This document shows positions 50,305 through 61,655 of a stretch of 64,000 nt of DNA, one piece after another. Below the pieces are notes generated by a model, which ran no database searches, was not told where the DNA came from, and saw only the letters and a program-made list of their open reading frames with translations. The position numbers were made by a program, and so were the translations under genes. The DNA is from Lama glama (Eukaryota). The first letter of the stretch is position 1, and each line of letters starts with the position of its first letter. The stretch covers positions 8,124,001-8,188,000 of the forward strand of contig CM052818.1 in assembly GCA_028534125.1 (NCBI GenBank), given 5' to 3'.

Positions 50305-53300
50305 TAATAAGTAGTTCATTTGTGTCCTTTTTGTTTGTTTGTTTTAAAGAGTCCACATATAAGTGATATTGTATGGCATTTTTCTTTCTCTTTCCCACCC
50401 ACTTCACTTAGAATTACTATCTCCAGGTCCATCCATGTTGCTGCAAATGGCATTATTTTATTCTTTTTATGGCTGAGTAGTGTTCCATTGTATATCTGTA
50501 CCACATCTTCTTTATCCAGTCATCTGTTGATGGACATTTGGGTTGTTCCCATGTCTTGGCTACTGTAAATAGTGCTGCTATGAACACTAGGGTGCATATG
50601 TCTTCCTGAATTTTATTTTTTCTCTGGATATATGCCTAGGAGTGGGATTGCTGGATCACATGATAAGTCTATTTTCAGTTTTTTAAGGAACCTCCATACT
50701 GTCCTCCATAGTTGCTGCACCAGTCTACACTCCCACCAACAGTGTAGGAGAGTTCCCTTTTCTCCACACCCCTCCAACATCTATCATTTGTAGACTTTGT
50801 AATCCGGCCATTCTGGCTGGTGTGAGGTGTATCTCACTGTAGTTTTGATCTGCATTTCTCTGGCAATTAGTGATGTTGAGTTTATTTTTGTATATGGTGT
50901 TAGAGAATGTTATAGTTTCAGTCTTTTACAAGTAGCTGTCCAGTTTTCCCAGCACCACTTATTGAAGAGACTGTCTTTTCTCCATTGTATATTCTTGCCT
51001 CCTTTGTCATAGATTAATTGACCATACGTGCATTTCTGGACTTTCTATCCTGTTCCATTGATCTATGTGTCTGTTTTTGTGCTGGTGCCAAACTGTTTTG
51101 ATTTCTGTAGCTTTGCAGTATAGTCTGAAGTCAGGGAGTATGATTCCCCTGGCTCCTTCTTTTTCAAGATTGCTTTGGCTATTCAGGGTCTTTTGTGTTT
51201 CCATATATTTTTTAACATTTTTTTTGTTCCAGCTCTGTGAAGAATGTCATTGGTAATTCGATAGGGACTGCACTGAATCTGTAAATTGCCTTAGGCAGTA
51301 TGGCCATTTTAACAATACTGATTCTGCCAATCCAAGAACATGGTATATCTTTCCATTTGTTTATGTCTTCTTCAATTTTCTTCATTAGTGTCTTATAGTC
51401 TTCAGTGTAAGGGTCTTTTGCCTCCTTGGGTAGGTTTATTGCTTTATTGCTAGGTATTTTATTCTTTTTGGTGCAACAGTAAATGGTATTGTTTCCCTGA
51501 TTTCCCTTTCTGCTATTTTGTTGTTAGTGTTTGGAGATGGAACTAATTTCTGTACATTAATTTTGTATCCTGCAACTTTACCAAAATTCATTGATGAGTT
51601 ATAGAAGGTTTTTGGCCACTTCTCTAGTATTTTCTATGTATAGTATCATGTCATCTGCAGACAGTGACAGCTTTACTTCTTCTTTTCCAATTTGAATTCC
51701 TCTTATTTCTTTTTCTTCTCTGATTGCTACAGCTAGGACTTCCAAAACTATGTTGAATAAAAGTGGCGAGAGTGGACATCCTTGTCTTGTTCCTGATCTT
51801 AGAGGAAATGCTTTCAGCTTTTCCCCATTAAGTATGATGTTAGTTGTGGGTTTGTCGTATATGGCCTTTATTACGTTGAGGTATGTTCCATCTAGGCCCA
51901 CTTTCTGGAGAGTTTTTATCCATAAATGGATGTTGAATTTTATCAAAAGCTTTTTCTGCATCTGTTGAGATGATCATATGGTTTTTATTCTTCAGTTTGT
52001 TAATGTGGTGTATCACGTTGATTGATTTGTGGATATTGAAAAATCCCTGCATCCCTGGGATAAATCCCACTTGATCATGGTGTATAATCCTTTTAATGCA
52101 TTGTTGGAGTTGATTTGCTAGTATTTTGTTGAGGATTTTTGCATCTATGTTCATAAGTGACACTGGCCTGTAATTTTTTTGTGTGTGTGATATCTTTGTC
52201 TTGTTTTGGTATCAGGGTGATGATGGCTCATAGAATGAGTTTGGAAGTGTTCCTTCCTCTGCAATTTTTTTGGAAGAGTTTCAGAAGAAGGATAGGTGTT
52301 AACTCTTCTCTGAATGTTTGGTAGAATTCACCTGTGAAGCCATCTGGTCCTGGACTTTCATTTGTTGGCAGGTTTTTAATTACTGATTCAATTTCAATAT
52401 TGGTAATTGGTCTATTCATATTGTCTACTTCTTCCAGGTTTAGTCTTGGCAAATTGTACCTTTCTAAGAAATTGCCCCTTTTTTCTACGTTGTCATTTTT
52501 GTTAGTGTATAGTTGCTCATAGTATCATCTTATGATTCCTTATATTTCTGTGGTGTTGGTTGTAACTTCTCCTTTTTCATTTCTAATTTTTATTAATTTG
52601 GGCCATTAATTTTTCTTGATGAGTCTGACTAAAGGTTTATCAATGTTATCTTTTCAAAGAACTAGCTTTTAGTTTCATTGATCTGTTGTATTGTTTTTTC
52701 AGTCTATTTCATTTATTTCGGCTCTAATCTTTATGATTTCTTTTCTTCTACTAACTCTGGGGTTTGTTCTTTCTCCAGCTGCTTTAGGTATAAGGTTAGG
52801 TTGTTTACTTGAGATTTTTCTTGTTTCCTGAGGTACGTTTGTATAGCTATAGAATTCCTTCTTAGAACTGCTTTTGCTGCATCCCAGAGGTTTTGGGTGG
52901 TTGTGTTTTCGTTTTCATTTGTTTCAAAGTATTTTTTGATTTCCTCTTTGATTGCTTCTGTGATCCATTGGTTTTTTTAGTAGCATACTGTTTAGCCTCC
53001 ATGTGTTTGCAGTTTTTGCAGTTTTTTTCTTGTAGTTAATTTCTAACCTTATAGTACTGCGGTTGGAAAAGTTCTTTGGTATGATTTCAATTTTCTTAAA
53101 TTTGCTGAGGCTAGCTTTGTGGGCCAGCATGTGGTAGATTCTGGAAAATGTTCCATGTGCACCTGAGGAGAATGTGTATTTTGTTACTTTTGGGTAGAAT
53201 GCTCTATAGATATCAGTAAAGTCCATCTGGCCCAATGTGTTATTTAGGGCCTCTATTTCTTTATTGATTTTCTGTCTGTATGATCTGTCCATTGATGTTA

Positions 53301-55740
53301 AGTGGGGTGTTGAGGTCCCCTGCTATTATTGTATTATTGTCGACTTCTCCTTTTATGTCTGTTAACAATTGCCTTATATATTGTGGTGCTCCTATGTTGG
53401 GTACATACATATTTACAGTTGATCCTTTTCTTGGATTGATCCCTTAAATATTATGTAGTGTCCTTTGTCTCTTGTAATACTCTTTAAGTATTACTACTCT
53501 AGCTTTCTTTTGATTTCTGTTTGCATGGAATATCTTTTTCCATCCCCCTAATTTCAGCCCACGTGTATCTCTAGCTCTGAAGTGGGTCTCTTGTAGACAG
53601 CATATATATGGGTCTTGTTTTTATATCCATGCAGCCAGTCTATGTCTTTTGGTTGGAGCATTTAATCCACTTACATTTAAGGTAATTATTGATAGGTGTG
53701 TTTTTACTGACATTTTGTTGATTTGAGTTTGTTTTTTTAGGTCTTTTTCCCCCCTATTCTTTTTGTTCTCTTGTGCTTTGAGGAGTAGAGAAGGTCCTTT
53801 AACATTTGGTGTAAACCTGATTTGGAGGTGCTGAATTCTTTTAGCTTGTATCTGTGAAGTTTTTGATTTCTCCATCAAATCTGAACCAGAGCCTTGCTGG
53901 ATAGAGTATTCTTGGTTATACGTTTTCCCCTTTCATCACTTTATTGTGCCACTCCCTTCTGGCCTGAAGAGTTTCTGTTGAAAAATCAGTTGATAACATC
54001 ATGGGAGTTTCCTTGTGTGTTATTCGTTGCTTTTCTCTTGGTAATTTTAATATTTTCTCCTTATCCTTAATTTTTTTGTCAATTTGATTACTATGTGCCT
54101 TGGTATATTCCTCTTTGGGCTGATCCTGTCTGGGACCGTGCACTTCCTGGACTTGGGTGACTTTCCTTTCTGAAGTTAGGGAAGTTTTTGGTTATTATCT
54201 CTTCAAAAATTTTCTCAAGTCTTTTCTCTCTCTCTGCTTTCTGGGACCCTATGTGAATATTAGTGTGCTTCATGTTGTCCCAAAGTTCTCTTAAACTATC
54301 CTCATTTCTTTTCATTCTTTTTTTCTTTTCTGTTCTGCAGTGCTGATTTCCACTAATCTGTCTTCTAGCTCACTAATCTATTCTTCTGCCTCATTTAGTC
54401 TATTCTTGGTTCCTTCTAGTGTGTTGTTATTCGTTTCAGTAATTTTATATTCTTCAACTCTGTTTTGGTAGTCTTTATACTTTCCAGCTCTTTGCTAAAA
54501 ACTTTGCTCTGTGCATCTATACTCCTCTTCAGTTCTCTGAACATCTTTACCATCATTTTTCTAAACTTCCTCAGATAAATTGCCTATCTCCTCATCACAT
54601 TTCTTCTTCTGGGATTTTATCTTATGTCTTGTCCTGGAAGATATTCCTCTGCCACCTCATCTTGTGTGTCCTTCTCTTTGTATTTTTAGGTAGGGTAGTT
54701 ATGTTTCTCTACCTTGGAGAAGTGGCCCTCTGTGGGAGATGTCCCATGAGTCCCAGCAGTACACTTCTCTCTTGTCACAAAGGGCCAGGATTCAGCCCAT
54801 TCCAGTGTAGGGTCTGGCCTGTGTTTGTGGATTCCTTCCACTGGCTTTGGGATTGTTATTTTCTTACTTCTGGTATCTGCCCCTTGGTAGATGAGGCTGG
54901 TCTAGAGGCCTATCCAGGTTTCCTGGCAGGAGGAGTCAGTGTCTGCCCACTGCTGGGTGAAGCTTGGCTTGGACCTCTGGTGGGTAGGGCCTTGTCTAGA
55001 GGCTCAGGAAGTCTGTTTATGGATGGGGATATGTTCCCAACCAGTATGTTGTTCAGCCTGAGGCTTCCCAGCCCTTAAGCCTACAGGCTGTTGAGTGGGG
55101 CTGGGTCTTGATGCTAATGACCCAATCAAGATGTCAGGCTCCAGGAAAGCTCATGTAGATGAACACTTCTGGAATGTCCACCACCAGCTTTTATGTCCCC
55201 TGGGTGAGCCACAGCCGCCCCCTTTCTCCTCAGGAGAACTTCCAAACCCAGCAAACAGTCTGATCCAGGTTCCTACATAATCACTGTCTCTACCCCTGGA
55301 CCCAGTGCACATGAGATCCTGTGCACACTTTCCAAGAGAATGAAGTCTCTCCCCTAGTCCTGTGGGGCTCCTGAAGTTAAGCCCCACTGGCCTGCAAAAC
55401 CAAATGTCCTGGGATCTCCTCCTCCCAATGCCAGAACTCTGTGCTGGGGAGCCTGACGAGGTGCTCAGAACTCTCACTTCTGTGGGAGAGCCTCTGCAAC
55501 TTAATTGTTCTTCTGCTTGTGGGTTGCCTACCTGGGGGTATGGGGCCCAATTATATCACGAGCACACCCCTCCTACCTTCCTGCTGTGGTTCCCTCTGTG
55601 TTTCCAGTTGAAGCAGATCTTTTTTTTTGCTAGGCTCCAATCTTTTTTCTTTATGGCTGTTTAGCAGTTGTTTGTGGTTTTGTTGTAGTCACTAGGAGAG
55701 GCGAGCTTGTGGTCCTACTACTCCACCATCTTGACTGGAA
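50305..55740 (-). mobile_element. near full-length, inactive L1 (5'UTR, ORF1, ORF2), antisense to WDPCP
   Basis: 5' end ccagtcaagatggtggag; ORF1 (KRNEDSLRELWDNMKHTNIHI); ORF2 endonuclease (LSIITLNVSGLNAPTKRHRLAAWI) and RT ([34 protein letters not shown]); frameshifts and a deletion at about 50880. Confidence 0.97.
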
Positions 55741-55924
55741 ATATGTAAGTCCTGTTTTGCTTGTAGTTTTAGGCTGACACATTTCAAGTCTGTAACATAA
55801 GCTAATTCTAAAGCCATTCAAAGTTGAGTGGCTGAGCACAGTATTTCCAATCATTTAAAAATTATTCTCAAGGATTATAAGGCAGGCTATATTTGACCCA
55901 TAGGCCATAGTTTACCAATCCCTG
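55741..55924 (-). mobile_element. hAT-Charlie element, right piece with terminal inverted repeat
   Basis: Ends ggccatagtttaccaatccctg, a MER58-type terminus. Confidence 0.7.
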
Positions 55925-56349
55925 CTTTATAAAGTCTTACGTTCCCAGTAAATGTAATTGCCTATTTCCCCCCAAACTTTGCAGCCAGTAAGTATTAACT
56001 TTAAAAAACTTATCCAATTTGAAATTACATTTTTCAACTTGCATTTATTTGAATATTAAGAAGGTAAAGTGTCTTCTCGTGATTTTAGACCATTTATATT
56101 TCATCATTAAAAACTTGATGTTGATATTCTTTTTCCATTTTTATTCCAACAAGTATTTTGTTTACCAAAAAGCGTTCTAATTCCTTTTTAGTGGCTCTAC
56201 CTACTTGTTGAGAATTATTTTCCACTGCATTCTCCCACACATCCAACATTCCTTCCCTAAAGACCTGCCATTGCCTGACACTACTGTGCTTTCTCAAGCA
56301 TCTCTAAAAATATGCACCAGATATCATTCTCTGTTGCCTTTTCTCCATT

Positions 56350-56580
56350 TTACCTCCCAGTATAACTCTTACTATCCTTCAAGACTTATATCAATAATCA
56401 TTTCCTACTCTTTGGTTCCATAGCACTCTGCCATAAAACCTATCACATTGTTATGTTATCAACTGTTTACAGTGGTCTTCCTCCTCGGCTCAACGCTTGT
56501 TGAGACATGGTACTGTAACTGATCTCCAGAACAGTGCCTACCACTTAATAAGCACTGATTATTCATTGACTGAATGAGTT
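56350..56580 (+). mobile_element. L2 3' fragment
   Basis: ccagaacagtgcctaccac...attcattgactgaatgag. Confidence 0.6.
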
Positions 56581-56920
56581 CAAAATAACAGCAGTATTAA
56601 CAATATTAGAAAAGTAATAATGTGCTAGGCACAATATAAGAGACAAATTTGTGTAATAGTATTTAAAAGCTTACCTTTTTCCCTAAAGACTTACAATAAT
56701 TTATTTTAATAACTGCCATTAGTTATAGCTGAGATCTGCAAGTCAAGAAAATTTGGTTGTACTAGAAAAGAAAGCTGAGAAAATTAAAATACAAAAAAGA
56801 ATATTCATCAACCATGTCGGTTTTGTAATTTGAACAATAAGTTCTTTTTTTCAAAATCTCCTTTGTAACTTTACCAAGGTTCATTTTGGATTAATCTTTT
56901 ATTCTGCTTTATTTCCAAAG

Positions 56921-57023
56921 GACATCCATTACCTTGCACTAGATAAAGGTGAAATGGCACTAGCTGAAGTGGCAAGAAAGAGAGCTAGCGACATTGATGC
57001 AGAATCAATAACCTCTGGAGTTG
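56921..57023 (+). CDS. WDPCP: WDPCP internal coding exon, 103 nt; probably equivalent to human exon 14
   Basis: ttctgctttatttccaaag|GACATCCATTAC...TCTGGAGTTG|gtaag = DIHYLALDKGEMALAEVARKRASDIDAESITSGV+G. Continues in frame from ...DLFM as in WDPCP. Confidence 0.95.
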
Positions 57024-58144
57024 GTAAGAATTAATGCTGGTTTTCTTAAGTGCTTTTTGTTTTAATCAATACTTATCTAGTATCATTTGTTTACATTTGT
57101 AAGTCATGGTTGATTAATTTGAGTTACTTTCTTTGTAAAGACAGTGCTTTTTTTTTAAGAATTAAGCTAGGTAAATAGTAAAATATGGATATTTAAGTTG
57201 AAACTGTGTTATATAAGTTAATAACCAGTCATTAATAACTATTTAGCAAAAAGTAAAAATTGTACTTTTCATAAGATTTTGAGGAAAAGTTTATTATCAG
57301 TGCTGTTATTAAAATTAACCAACACAGGAACTTATATAATCCTTTATTTATATATACAGACATCATATCTCAAAAGAATTCCCTCCTCTATCAGACTACT
57401 TCACATGGAATTTTGTTTGGTGGGTAATTTTTTTTTTAATTTAGAAGCCACTAGAGTCATTTTACAGTGAGTCTTCTGAAGACACGTCAGAAGCGTAAAC
57501 TGAATCTAAAGATCCAACTAAAACTTTATAATACAGAAAAATGATAGTCTTTAAAAACTGTAATACCAAAATGAGCTTTGTTCTAGACTCAATTTATCCT
57601 AATGTGACTAAATCTAGAAATATTAATCCTCAGACATCCCAATTCCTATTCTTCCTGGTATTTCCTATTCCTCACTTAGGAAGAGGATGCTCTGAATTAT
57701 AATAGAATTCATTTTCTTTGTGGAACTTCTATAAAACAACAAAGTTTTAATAAGGTTTCCGCTTTGTAAGTTGCTTGAAAATATTATAACATCTCCACTG
57801 ATAGATCATCTTGTCCTTTGTTTATGTAATACTGTTTGGAGCCAAAGGGAGCAATTGTCAGCTTCTCTCTAACATCACCACCAGAGATCCCAGTTTTCAG
57901 GGTGGTACTGACTCAAAGCCATACAGGCTAGTTCTAAATCTGAATACCAAAGCTGACAGTTGCTTACCAGAAAGATGATTTCATTCTCCCTCCTCAACCT
58001 TGAAAGAGTTCCAAATTGACCAAACCCAAAGGATGCATAGACCACTTTCAAACCTCCATTCCTAATAGATAAGAAATACTCAGTATTAATCCAGTATTAG
58101 ATAAGAGAAATTTGTGGCTTGCTAAGCATAGTAATGTGTGTCCT

Positions 58145-58270
58145 AATAATAATAGCTAATATTTACTGAATGCTTAATGTGGGGTCAGCACTATTCTGAG
58201 TTGCAGATATTAACTAATTTAATCCTTATTGTAATTCTATGAGTTAAGGACAATTTATATTTGTGATGAG
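58145..58270 (-). mobile_element. MIR fragment
   Basis: aataataatagctaatatttactgaatgcttaatgtg...taatttaatcctt. Confidence 0.7.
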
Positions 58271-58869
58271 AAGTCACTTTTAACTGAATGATGAAACCAT
58301 GTTAATAGGAATTATGACATTATATTATAAGGATACAAATATCCTCCCTCCCTATGCTTCTAGCCATTTAGAAACACAGGAGGAGGTTAATTCATAGCAA
58401 ATTTTATGGAAATTATCCTTAGTTGTAATGTGCCCTGCTTTTTCCACCAGGGTATAAGGCAAGTTTCACATTGTAAAGCTATTTAAAGTTACTAAGGGTG
58501 AAAAGGAATATGAAGAGATTACCACAAAACCTCAGAAAAATGAAGAAATTCCACTCTTCACCAAATGCATACTGTGCCCTGTGTATTTTTTTCATCAGGT
58601 TACTGTGACCAGCTGGCAATTCCTAGCCAGAGGGCTTGGTTAGTGTTCCTCCTTTGAGCCCTGTGTCATTTCTCATAAATATCTTTCTTCACTGAACCCC
58701 TGTTATTCCCCATTTCTCAGCTTTTTTTTTTTTCAGGCCTTATCCTTTGGCCTTCATTACTATTTCTTGATAAAAATACCATTTAATAACAGTAACTATT
58801 AAGAGGTGAACATCTTAGATGAATGTTCTACTCCACTTTTGTTCCAGAAAACTAGGCTTACTCCCACTC

Positions 58870-59690
58870 ATAATATTGAGAAGGCAGAAGAAAGAATCAG
58901 CAAACTTTACAATACATTTGAAATTACTGAGTCTGAGGAGCAAAAGGAAAAACAATTAAGTGAAAAGAGCCTAAAGGACATATGGGACACCATCAAGCAT
59001 ACAAACACGTTATGGGAGTCCCAGAAGAGGTGAGAAAGGGGCAAAAAGGTTATTTGAAGAAATAATGACTAAAAACTTACCAAATTTGAGGAAAGGCATG
59101 AGTCTATATATCCAAGCTCTACATATTCCGAGTATAATCAACCAAAAGAGACCCATGCTAGGACAAATTATAATGAAACTATCAAAAGCCAAAAACAACC
59201 TTGGAGGCCTGAGGCAATAAGATGACATACTTAAAGTACTGAAAGAAAAAAAAAAAGTTAATGGAGTATTCTGTATCCAGTGAAACTTTCCCTCAAAAAT
59301 GAGGCAGAAATGTAGATATTCATAGATAAACAAAAGCTGAGGGAGTTCACTACCACTAGACCTGCCCTAAGAGAAATGTTAAAAGGAGTTCTACAGACTG
59401 AAATGAAAGGTTCCTAGATAGTAACTCAAAGCCATATGCAGAATGTAAAGATAAATATACGGGCAAATATAAAAATTATTGTAATTTTTGTTTCTACTCC
59501 ACTTTCTATTTTCAACAGGAATTAAAAGACAGAAGCATAAATTAATTATAAATCTCTTAGATGCACAATGTATAAAGATGTAATTTGTGACTTTAATAAA
59601 GTTGGGGGACAGGAACACAGCTGTATTGGAGCAGAGGTTTTGAATGCTATTGACGTTAACATGGTATTCATTCAAATTAAATTATTCTAA
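58870..59690 (+). mobile_element. old L1 ORF1 and inter-ORF fragment
   Basis: EKAEERISKL...SLKDIWDTIKHTN (L1 ORF1p). Confidence 0.85.
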
Positions 59691-60930
59691 CTTAGCCATT
59701 CTAAGAGATGTGAGATTATAACTCGCTGGGGTTTTGATTTGCATTTTCCCATACTAAAGATGGTGTTCAGCATGTTTTCATAGACATGTTAACCACTTCT
59801 ATGTCTCCTTTAGAAAAATGTCTCTTCAGGTTATCTGGCAATATTTTAGTTTTTATTATTTACTTGTATGTGTTCCTTGTATATGCTGGGTATTAATCCT
59901 GATCAGATATAAGGTTTGCAAATAATTTCTCCCATTCTATAGATTGCATTTTCAATTTTTTTTCTTACTGTTTCTTTTGCTGTGCAGAAGCTTATTATTT
60001 TTGCCTTTGTTGCTTGTGCTTTTGTTGTCATTTCAAAAACATCATTGCCAAGATGAATGTCAAGGAACTTTTTCCCCTATGTTTTCTTCTAGGAGTTTTA
60101 TGGTTTCAGTTCTAATTTTTGTGTCTTTAATCCATTTTGAATCAATTTCATTTTCCTGCATGCAGTTACCCAGTTTTCCTATTAACATTGAAAAGACTTT
60201 CCCCATTGAGTATTCTTGACTCCCTTGTCAAATATATGTGGGTTTATTTCTTGTTCTCTATTCTATTCCTTTGGTCTATATGTCTGTTTTTATGCCAGTA
60301 CCATATTGCTTTGATTACTGCAGCTTTATAGTATAGTTTGAAATCAGGAAGTGTGTTGCCTCCAGCTTTGTTCTTTCTCAGGCTTTCTTTGGCTATTCAA
60401 GAATTTTTGTGGTTCCACCTGAATTTAAGATTGTTTTTCCTATTTCTGTGAAAAATGCCGTTGGAATTTTTGATAGGGTTTGCATTGACTCTATAGATGG
60501 CTTTGGGTAGTATGGTCATTTTAACAATATTAATTCTAATCCATGAAGATGGGCTATTTTCCCATTTATTTGTGTCATTTTCCATTTCTTTCATCAAGGT
60601 CTTAGAGTTTTCAGTACACAAATATTTCTGTGGTTTAATTTATTTTAAGATTTCTTTGATGCAATTGTAAATGGGATTTCTTTCTTCATTTCTCTTTCCC
60701 ATAATTCATTGCTATTATACAGAAATGCAACTGATTTTTGTGTATTTTGTATCCTCCAACTTTACTGAATTACTTTTATTCAGTTTTTTTGGTGGCATCT
60801 TTAGTTTTCTACATACAATGTGTCAGCTGCAAAAGGAGACAGTTTTGCTTCTTTATGATTTGAATGCCTTTTATTTCTTTTTCTTGTCTGATTTCTCTGG
60901 CTAGGACCTCTAAAACTATGTTGATCAAAA
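59690..60930 (-). mobile_element. L1 ORF2 fragment
   Basis: ORF 60397-60621 KTLMKEMENDTNKW...[15 protein letters not shown]. Confidence 0.9.
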
Positions 60931-60979
60931 TGGCTAGGGTAGAATGATGATGTGTTGGTGGCGGTATAATGCCAGTAAG

Positions 60980-61395
60980 TGTATTAGGCATGGAACATTC
61001 CAGGCTGCTATAACAAGAGAGCACAGTGATTTAAGAAATAAAATTATTTCTGTCTCAGATAAAAATCTGAGGAGGTGGGAAGGACTGGTAAGGCATGCTG
61101 GTATCAGATCACTAGGCTCCGCTACCATGTTGCTTTGTTATCTCTAGGTTATAACCTTTTCATCTTTGAAGATTTGCATCCCCGCCTGTAAGGAGGAAAA
61201 ACAAAGAGGGCATACTCTTTTCTTCTTCAGAGTATAAGCCAGGAGTTGTTACACATTACTTCTGTTCATATCGCATTGGACAGAACCTGGTCATAAAAGT
61301 TTCACCTAACTGTAAGAAAGTCTGGAAACTATACACCCAGCAAAACACTTATAACTAAAAGCAGTAGCCATTTAGGGGGACAGCTACCATTTCAT
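60980..61395 (-). mobile_element. old MLT1 (J/K-like) MaLR LTR
   Basis: ggctgctataaca...acattacttctgttcatatcgcattggacagaacctggtcat. Confidence 0.6.
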
Positions 61396-61599
61396 CTGTT
61401 ACTATGAGATTAGAAGGATAGTATTTTAAAGAAGAAAATAAACAAAATGGAGAACAGCTTCCTGTATATAATCTTCATATGCACAGAAATGAAAGTAATT
61501 TTAAAACCCTACTCAAAAATAGTTCCCTGCTGCACATAATGTGGCTATCTGAATATCTACATAAGAAATTCTTCCAGATGTTGTATTTCCCAGCATACT

Positions 61600-61655
61600 T
61601 ATACTTACCATATATGATCTTTATATGATCTATATACTTACCATATATGATCTTT
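61600..61655. repeat. perfect 23-nt direct repeat with a 10-nt partial-copy spacer
   Basis: tatacttaccatatatgatcttt at 61600-61622 and 61633-61655. Confidence 0.9.

Larger units (their letters stand above)
26984..56920 (+). other. WDPCP: WDPCP intron (~29.9 kb including 600 N)
   Basis: GT...AG between the two in-phase exons. Confidence 0.9.

Noticed and set aside
54629..55664. 100-149 aa ORFs
   Set aside because: Chance ORFs in the GC-richer L1 5'UTR
50305..55740. Potentially active L1
   Set aside because: ORF1 and ORF2 are fragmented by stops and frameshifts, the RT motif reads SADD, and there is an internal deletion at about 50880
61601..61610. U1 snRNA 5' end (ATACTTACC)
   Set aside because: Only 9 nt match; the rest of U1 is absent
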